Part shown: piece by piece, positions 49,793-64,000 of the stretch
Layout of the letters: each line of letters begins with the position of its first letter
Position numbering within the stretch: the first letter of the stretch is position 1
NCBI GenBank assembly: GCA_040954595.2
Contig: CM082597.2
Location: 5,213,244 to 5,277,243 of the forward strand
Length of the DNA: 64,000 nt
Direction of reading: 5' to 3'
Source: Balanoglossus misakiensis
Taxonomy: Eukaryota; Animalia; Hemichordata
Made by a program: the position numbers and the translations under genes
The notes under the pieces: model-generated
What the model saw: only the letters and a program-made list of their open reading frames with translations
The model's database searches: none
Told to the model about the DNA's origin: nothing

Positions 49793-52700
49793 ATGACAGA
49801 TATTAATGAACGAACACATGAAACAACAGGGGCTCAACAGAACAAATTCACTGATCAGGAAGGCCGCCATGGTGAATCCCAAGAAATGAAAACTGCAATT
49901 ACATTGCTAGAACGAAGACTTGAGGAAAGCGATCAAACATTAAAACTAATGACCGATGAGAAAAACACAACAGCTAAGTGTAGAGATATCGCTTGCAAGA
50001 AACTACTTCAGCTAGTAGAGCGCCACCAGAATGTACTTGATATTGTTACGGAACAGTTGGATGACACTACAGAAAGCTGTTGGTTTACTAAAGGTTGGTA
50101 TTTCTTAATATATTGTACCAATATAGAATACTCGTGCACACAATAGCTACAAGAACATTGTCAATGTATGTCTCACAATTTTGCAACATGTGTCTATTCA
50201 CCGTGGCATTCGATTGAAGTATAGTAAAAGGTTGCCTTCTCTATACCTGATTAGTGGATATGTGAACTGTTCGTTAAAATTATGCTCATCTTTTGTTATT
50301 CATTGAATTACTTTTCTATATATGACAAAACTGATTACTGTAATTAATTCTTTAATTAATTTCAGACAGTATTCATGAAAGGCGAAACATTCTTCTCTTT
50401 GCTACAGACAAGGTAAGTTTCAAGCAAGGCAACTGTTTACATGATAACTTGGAATACAATCTTCCTGTGACCGTTGTCGGCAACACAGAGCTCTCGAGCA
50501 CAGATACACTTTCAAGTATGATCACTCCACTTGCAACTTCTTATACCTGCAAACAGTACATAAATTAAACGTCACCAGTTTTTAATTAAAGTAGAAGATT
50601 TCAACTTATAATCTTTGTATAATTCTTTTCGTCTCCAGAAAAGTCGCACTTACAAACTACCCGCAGGGTTCACACTTGAAGTGCCACCTAAATCAGTAGA
50701 AGAGGACACCAAAGTTGCTGTATCTTGTACCAACAGTATAAAGAAGCCACCCCTTGGGGACTATGAATTTTATCAATCCGATATCCTTGAATTTCATCCA
50801 CCCACTTCATTGAAGAAGAAAATGCATTTGTTGAGAAAGTGTCTCACCGTTGGACCAAAGATTAGAACGCTCATTATCCTCATCAGTGAGGATGGTGAAA
50901 ATTGGAGAGAGATACCAACTATATTGGTGTGTAATATTTTATATTTGTCTTACATTTGTCAATTGAAAATGGTCTAAGCTCCATTAGCTGTAATTTTGCG
51001 CTATGTTTTAATTTCAGTGAAGCATGATGAAATGCCCAGCATTCAGCTTATTAACACAACCTATATGTATAGTCAGCTTTGTTATTGTGCAAACGTATAA
51101 TTCAAGTCCGGCCTAGAACTAATTTGTCAACAATAACAATAGCCGTTACACAGATACAGGCTATGTTGACAAGTTGAGTATTGGGTATATTAGCATGTTG
51201 TTTGGAGTAGAGCAGGAAATTACTCATGAGAACGACAAAAACAGTAAAATTAAAGACAGGGCCTACCTTTTCACTTGACTTCAATTGGGTTAGTCTAATA
51301 GGAAACTACAATAGCTGCTTTATGACCAGAACATTGACAGTAACTTGAACACATTTTTTTTAAATCGTTTATTTGAAGAACTGTGAATTTAAAAACATTT
51401 TCGGAAATTGGCCTTCATAGTTTATGACGAACTTTAAATTTAAATTTAAAAACTATGAAGAATTTACGACTTCTCGTGTGTAAATATCTTGTGGTCTTAT
51501 TAAGTTGTGTGGTCATATAGCCACTTTTCTCTTTCTGTGTTATCGACATAGGAAGTTTCACCGAGTTACATTTTGTAGGTTTGCCTGATATCAACACTAT
51601 GTCCAAACTGTCCAACACTATGTTTACTGACAAGAAACACTTGTGGTCGTGAACAATATGCAGTGGACAAATGTTGTCGATTTGTGTTAAGATATCAACA
51701 CTATGTCCAAAGTGCCTGATATCAACACTATGTCCAAACTGTCCAACACTATGTTTACTGACAAGAAACACTTGTGGTCGTGAACAATATGCAGTGGACA
51801 AATGTTGTCGATTTGTGTTAAGATATCAACACTATGTCCAAAGTGCCTGATATCAACACTATGTCCAAACTGTCCAACACTATGTTTACTGACAAGAAAC
51901 ACTTGTGGTCGTGAACAATATGCAGTGGACAAATGTTGTCGATTTGTGTTAAGAAATATTGCTTTTACGCACATCCTAACGTACAGTTACTTTATTCAGT
52001 CAATCATCAAGTCGTATCCAGTGAACGAATAAAATCTCTCTTTTATATTCAGGATGGCGAAAACGTCAAGGTAAAGGTCAAGCGTTTATCGACGTTTTTG
52101 GCAATTTCAAGACCCTATGAGGACAGGTTCACCATCGAAAACACAGGTGGTACGTTTTGGTCTATGACGGATGAGAGAGTAAGCATTACAATACCCGAGG
52201 AAGCTGTGGAAGAGGAGTTGATTCTTAATATGGAGGTATTGACATTGTAGTTTCAACTACTTTATAGAAGTTTGTGGTGTGGTGATCCATTGGTCGGTCT
52301 CTCTGTCTGTCTGTCTGTCTGTCTGTCAGCCACTGTGCACCAAAAATGCCCTTTTCTGCACACACAAAAGGCTATTTTAAATTAGCAAATACTCGAACGG
52401 TGCCAAGGTAGCAGAATTGTGAATGCGATATATTGCTAAACTCATTTTAGCAAAAAAATACAGACCCAAAGTTGGCTAAATTTCTTTGTTCAGCAATCTG
52501 AGTGCCAGCTTACAATGAGTCTTCATAGCATTTTGTGTAGTTTTTAGTTCATGTGTTTACACACACGTGAGCTAGTGTCATACTGATTTCTGCCAGGCTG
52601 GTTGTCTGTCTGTGTGTGTCTGTCTGTTTACACAACATCTCAGCTGAACAGCTGGAATCAAATTTGGTACACGGGTTCAGGTTCAGAATGGCAAGAACTG

Positions 52701-55700
52701 ATTAAATATTGGTGCAATCATCGCTATAAATCGGGGTTTATCGAACAAATTTTATGAAACTTTCTAGCGACAAAGATTTCATGAAGATAGTAATGAATAA
52801 CAGGGATCATTTGCATTGAAAGAAAGTTTAATTTAATGACAATTTAATGTGCATATTCAGTTCATATCTCGTGTTTTTAATTTTAATTTTTGTTGATATG
52901 TTGTATTACATGACATTGAACCTAATTGTACTGACAGTTCAGCAACTAAGTAACACAGTTTGTGTATTTCTCCACATTAGGTTCACCGTTGCGATTCTGA
53001 CATCATGGCCAGCATAGACGATACAGCAACATTATCAAGCATCGTTTACTTCAATAGGCGCACTGGAAACGATAGCAAGATAAACTTTAATAAACCTGTT
53101 GTCGTAACCATACCATTACCACCCGATGCCCCGTCTACATACAAAAAGATCTTTATCATGAAAGACGACAAGAACACTGGGGTGTGGCGAAATATCACAG
53201 ATAAAGTCAGCTTTAGTGTTGCAGACGGTATGGTGCTAATTTCCACTGAGTCATTATGTGGGTAAGAATAATACTATTTTTTTATGGAATCAACGTAATA
53301 TTTCTAAATTAAAAGCCAGAATTTCATAGGCAGGGGTGTCAGTTCAATAAACAAATTGCTATGGAGAATATGTTAACATGATGCATTGTTTCAATGATTT
53401 TTTAGAAACAACTTATAATCCAACTTGCGTTTTTTCCTGTTGTAATACTATTGCCCAGCACATGGTTCAGAGTAAAAATAGAGTGATATCGATTCGTAGA
53501 TATAGCGTTTTTACCTATTGCACATGGCCTCCATGGCACTGAGTTTGATCCACGAAGTTACATATATGACAGAAACCTATTCTGCGAGTATTGCGTACAA
53601 CATAACCACACCCAATATTGTAATTCAAACTTACGGGTTGCAAAATTTGGAGGGGGTGGAAACGGGTCCAAATTACTGCTTGAAAACATTTTCTGGCGAG
53701 TAGAAGAGAAGCAAGAGGATTTTTTCTTTGTCAAAAAACAAAGTTAGTGCTAAACACGCGTATTTGTAGTACACCTGAAAGTTAATATGTGTCTGAACAA
53801 TTTTGGGAAGCACTGAGGTACATGACTGCAGCCTGTTTTACCAACATAAATAAGCCCACACAGAGAACACTCGATTCCATAGATCACATTTTAGCAGGGC
53901 AGTTCAGAGGTTCTGCACAGTTGGTGGAATATGTTATTTTTCTGTCAAACAGAAGTATTGAACATGCTGCAAGTTCTGCAGTTTTTACCTATTGCACATG
54001 GCTTCCATGGCACTGAGTTTGATCCACGAAGTTGCATAAATTTTTTGGAGAATAGATATGTGTACCATGAAAGAATTAATTTTCATACTACCAAACATAG
54101 CGTATGTTTCAGTCACCCAATACATATCCACTCTCTCACGACACGCATACACGTCAGGTACATTGTTACTATGCGAACTGCACAAATACGGAAGCATACT
54201 GTACGACCGAATGCCATAGATAATGGCAGTAGATATATAATAATCGTGTGCCCTATGATGACTATTGTTTTCAGGATTTGCATCATTCTAAGTGAGAAAC
54301 GGGTGACTATGGATTGCGAGTCACTGTGCGAAATAATAAGCGACCACACCAAATCAGGAGTTCAAGCAGTACACATTTGCCTTCTTCAACACAAAGAGCA
54401 TCATGATCGATTCCTTGTTGACGTGGTAGCGTCACTCAGCCAAATGAACCACAATTCGTTACCCCACAGCGCCTATCATTATCAGGCTAATTCGGGACAC
54501 GTATGGTTACAACCTGGTGACAGTATTTCAACAAAGTTGAGTAAAGCGGCCTCCAAGAAGGGATATCTAAAATGCGATCGACATGAGCATCATTACTTGG
54601 GGAATAGTGGAGACAACTATTGGCATGTTTTGGTGGGACCAACTTCTGGGTATGAATGCGTAAGCAGAACCTCAGAGTCAATGTGTTTCTTCAGAGGACA
54701 AGAACTAATAGCAGAATTACCCTTTACCATGGGAAAGGTTAGTCAGTTGCTTTTTCGTTACATAGTGATAATAGTACAAGCAATTCACTTTCTTGTAATG
54801 CAGCATAATAGTTGAACCATACTGGTATGTTCGAGTCAACAGGGGTCAGATTAAAAACACACCTGATCCAGGCTTGTGTTGTCATTTGATACAGTAGGAG
54901 ACTGTACACTGTTTATCAAACACACTCAAATGCAATAATTATGGTCAAATTGGGGAAAAGGTCAGTGTTGTAGGAGCCACTTGTCGTATAGCGTGAAATT
55001 TGGTTTACAGGGTCTTGGGGACATCAAAGAGTATGTCATTTTAAAAAAGCTCTCACATTGTTTACACTAATTGATTTACCTCTTTTGTTTATAGGAAAAT
55101 AATCGATCGGCTACAAACCTAGGTATGTACGCCTATTATTTAAGTCAAGGTTGCATTGCATGAAAAGTCGTGATTTTTGCCAAATTTTACTTTGTTTACA
55201 TAAATCGGTAGGTCTAATGCTGACCCACATTCTGACAAATGCGTCTTGGTGGAAATTGTAGATAACCACCCAAAATAAAACTTTTCTGAATGAGTCCGAA
55301 GCTTAAGAAATTAGTGCAAATTGCCGTTTTTCTCAGTTTGCATTTTCGCTGCTTTTGACAACTTCAGAAGAATTTAGCTTCGCTCTGCGTTGGCCGAATT
55401 TGCTCAAATTTTAACAGGGGATTGTGTATGACCCATCCAACAATACAACATTTTTTTAGTCGATAAAGTGTCCCTGGCGGGAATAAACTCTGATTCAATA
55501 CAACTCATCTAACTTGCAAACGCTGTTACTCCTCAATGGAAGCAGATAACGCAAAACAAAATGTTCTCTTTTTTGCACGTGTACTCTAGTTTCGAATGAC
55601 ATATTAAGATACATGATACATGGTCAACTTTTTAACCTAATTCAAATTTAATGACATAATATCAAAAAATGGGTTTCTAACCCAAAAACGCCACCATTTC

Positions 55701-56529
55701 CGGGAGTCAATAAAATATGCAACTCAAACAAAAGTTCGAAAACTATGGTTTATAGGGGTTGTAACGTTGTCTTTAATGAGAAATAGGCATCTGAAAAAGT
55801 CTTGACGGTTTCGTGCAAAGATCAGGGGGAAATAATCTATCATGAAAATGAAATGGGCATCTATTCATTGCAAAATTCGGCTTGCTTTATTATATTTTAT
55901 TTTATTATGAACTCACAGAGGATTTTGTGCTGCTGATAAGCATGTTATCACATTTGAATGTTGAACATTGTTGTAATTAAAGTACATCTTGAAATTTGAA
56001 AGGCCATATTACACAATTTCGTAGAAATTCGACAAGCGGCTTTTAGAAACCATAATATTTTTTCCCATAATGGGAAATGGAGCCAATGGATCCAAGAAGC
56101 ACAAAAACTATTTTTTTCCTGTTGATACTTAATCTAAAGCTTTAACTTTATATTTCTCACATTTGTTACATTGTAGCCCCGGGTGTGCAGATCACAGAAT
56201 CCGATGCAGGAAATACAGGAAGTAGGAACACTAAGAAAAGTACGTATTCATATTCAATAGAAGGGGAAGAGATGGGGCATGGCGTACGTACATACGTATG
56301 TACGTGTGTGTATGTAGGTGTGTATGTTTGCTGAGTGTGTATTTGTTGCATGTTTTCTTGTTTGTTCTTGAGTGTGTAGATGGACGAATCAGATAGTTAA
56401 GGTGATTCCATTTCGCACTGGGAGTGTTGACATTCACACATACATACATACATACATACATACATACATACATACATACATACATACATACATACATACA
56501 TACATACATACATACATACATACATACAT

Positions 56530-56586
<57 letters not shown>

Positions 56587-56968
56587 TAACAGCTAGTTTA
56601 TCAACTTGTATATCTTATTTTTTGTTACCCGATTGAGTTATATAATAAGATTTCATTAATGCATTTACTTACCTATCGTAACAGGCTTGGATAAGTTACT
56701 GGTACTCTTTTACCGCCTTCACAAGGAACTCGATGAATGTGAAAGGGCTGACCTACTCAGCTTGTTGACAGGGAACCAAATCGATAAAAATGAGGTGGAC
56801 AAGCTAACCAAAGTCCATAGTATTTTCCAATGCCTACGCGAGAAAGGGCACATATCACACAATAACCTTAATCTGCTCAAGGAACTGCTTAAAACAATTG
56901 GAAGACGAGATTTGCTTCGGTATATCAAGGAATACTTGCGTAAAATGAAAGAAAATCACAGTGTATAA
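49793..56968 (+). CDS. Coiled coil-ZU5-ZU5-UPA-DED protein (PIDD/DTHD1/ankyrin-like scaffold with C-terminal death effector domain), 645 aa as modelled
   Basis: Exons 49793-50093, 50366-50412, 50639-50926, 52053-52235, 52981-53261, 54275-54737, 55095-55122, 56177-56239 and 56685-56968 total 1938 nt in frame, all GT-AG. ZU5 motifs PPLGDYEFYQSDILEFHP, LIILISEDGENWRE, GGTFWS..DERVSITIPEEAV and FNKPVVVTIPLPP. DED: IFQCLREKGHISHNNLNLLKELLKTIGRRDL. Confidence 0.85.
51583..51953. repeat. 131 bp tandem repeat, about 2.8 apparently identical copies
   Basis: Units start GCCTGATATCAACACTATG at 51583, 51714 and 51845. Confidence 0.92.
56438..56586. repeat. (CATA)n(CAGA)n compound microsatellite
   Basis: Read directly from the sequence. 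Confidence 0.95.
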
Positions 56969-57393
56969 CATTGTAATTAATATGGCTAAGTGTTTTTGAA
57001 ATGGGTAAATTGGCTCTCATTGCTACAAACATTAAGCGATATCGTACACACGGATATAATCGTCTACTATATACAGGAGTGACGCTGGGCGACCATATGA
57101 CGTTGGGCGATCTACAACATCGACAAACAACAGCAAGGAATGCCACATTGTTTTTTTAAGGAATAATCATCATCATCATCATCATCATCATCATTATCAT
57201 TATCAATTGCAACATCATCTCCAGTGGTAAAACAGTATTTTACCATCGCTGGATTCAGCTCTCGACAAATCAGAATGGCGGACGGTAGCATGATATAATA
57301 TCATAAATATAATAAATTGCATATAATTTGCATAAAATATAATTTTAATATTATTTTGTTCTTTATATCAATTAATTTCCTGCTCTGTATTTA

Positions 57394-57935
57394 AGCAATA
57401 ACCCCTGCCGCAGGCGGCTATACGCGAGATTTGGGTACAATTCGAGACATATGGCACGAGCCGTCAGGCGAGTGCTATATGGAGCGAATTGTACCCAAAT
57501 CGAGTGTATACCCAACTGAGGCGGGGGTTATTGCTATTATATTATATCAACAACTGTTTTTGTGGCATATCAGTGTCATTTTCTTACGGAAACGGTGTCA
57601 GAAAGAGAAATTACGATCGTGAACCAACATGGCGACGATGAATGTAAACACGAGCGGCCGGGATCGAGCATTAAACATGAAGCAGACGACAAAAAGTGAC
57701 AAAAGTGCATAATATTATTCTGAGCAGAGCAGTTCCAAAATAAAAGGTCCCTAAATTCAAGTGTTTTTATGTTATTTATTTGGTTTAATCCCGCGCGACT
57801 GTGGTTTAACCACACACTTTCCCTGCTGCATGCTAGTTCAGGGGCACGTTTTACCACTGCCAGCAGTGGTAAAACAGTATTTACCATCGCTCTCATCCGA
57901 TCAGAATGGCGGACGGTAGCATGATATTATATAAT
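57394..57935. mobile_element. Second hairpin-plus-subterminal-IR element, with a partial extra copy of its end at 57222-57300
   Basis: Hairpin at 57394-57535; ATTATATTATATCA directly after it pairs with TGATATTATATAAT at 57922-57935 (1 mismatch). CAGTGGTAAAACAGTATTTACCATCGCT is repeated at about 57222 and 57864. Confidence 0.55.
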
Positions 57936-58233
57936 CAGGAAATATCACATGCACGATCCGAGATCTGACAGTAAATCAGCTTCTGGAAAAAGTGACTCTC
58001 CCCAAGTAGGTTTGTTAAAAGTGACCCTCCTCCAACCAAAGACAAGTTTGTAAAAAGTGACCCCCCCCCCCCGATTCCCCCGGCCCATCCACCCCCCCCC
58101 CACCCCTCGCAATTTCTGAAGGCTCCCTTATCGCCGTCTCGTCGATAGAAACATTATAGTAAAAAGAAATGAACGAATAAACCAATTTGATGGGGGCGCT
58201 ATACTGATACCAGTTTCAAAGGCGACTGTGACC

Positions 58234-58312
58234 TAGTCTCGGTTACCCAGACGCCTTTGCTTCTTCCGATGCTCTCCAGAAAGAAGCAAAGGCGTCTGGG
58301 TAACCGAGACTA
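58234..58312. mobile_element. 79 bp palindromic MITE (TAG...CTA ends, ~9 bp TSD; Academ-like) upstream of BACE
   Basis: 32 bp perfect inverted repeat TAGTCTCGGTTACCCAGACGCCTTTGCTTCTT; flanks ACTGTGACC and ACTGTGGCC. Confidence 0.7.
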
Positions 58313-58677
58313 ACTGTGGCCAAGCTTCGCATGACGTCATCGGTCATTTAAACTTTCAACTTCCGGGTTAAATGGATATGTACATCTGACCTGTGGTACG
58401 TGAGGCTATCGTCGCTCGGAAAACGTCTCGCTTTTACTGATTTACTGGTGGAACAGAAACGATCATGAACAGAGTACAGACAACAGGTAAACGGGGCGTT
58501 TTAAATCATAGCATAAAACATAACTAGCAAGAGATTTGCGATCGACTCGTTTCCTGGAAGCAGGGTTGGATCTGAGGTGAGTCGTCGTCGCCATTACCAC
58601 TATGCGTCAACGGTGACACAGCAGCCGGAAAATTCTAGTCATCAGGGTTAGACAAGAAAGAACGACACAGCGATAAT

Positions 58678-64000
<5,323 letters not shown>

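Noticed and set aside
51583-51953. Repeat-spacer-like pattern as CRISPR
   Set aside because: The 'spacers' are identical; it is a simple 131 bp tandem repeat.
53931-54274. N-terminal part of the 294 aa ORF
   Set aside because: Intronic read-through. The in-frame exon starts at the ttttcag acceptor (54275), matching the phase-2 donor at 53261.
56231-56636. Repetitive MYVC/HTYI/TDRQ ORFs
   Set aside because: Translations of the (CATA)n(CAGA)n microsatellite.

Overview
Intron-rich, AT-rich animal genomic DNA. The gene content and repeat types suggest an invertebrate, probably a deuterostome such as a hemichordate (inference). I rebuilt the gene models by hand from GT-AG sites and reading-frame phase. 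In order: (1) type I membrane protein with an atypical Ig-like ectodomain (+, 2998-5781), plus an orphan upstream signal-peptide exon; (2) three tandem sigma-class glutathione S-transferases (-, 8968-19337); (3) secreted head-only C1q-domain protein (-); (4) 3' end of a Penelope-like retroelement carrying a type I hammerhead ribozyme; (5) single V-set Ig type I membrane protein (+); (6) five-exon four-jointed/FJX1-like Golgi kinase (+); (7) rearranged, segmentally duplicated locus of symmetrical phase-1 exons around a GT-B/GT4-like glycosyltransferase exon and remnants of a possible TRADD-N-like exon; (8) intact nine-exon PIDD/ankyrin-type coiled coil-ZU5-ZU5-UPA gene ending in a death effector domain (DED) instead of a death domain; (9) 5' part of a BACE aspartic protease. 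MITEs, DIRS/Ngaro fragments, foldback elements and microsatellites are scattered throughout. The best candidate for a new system is the 42-57 kb locus: a GT4-like/TRADD-N-like module cassette next to, and possibly spliced into, a ZU5-UPA-DED death-fold scaffold.
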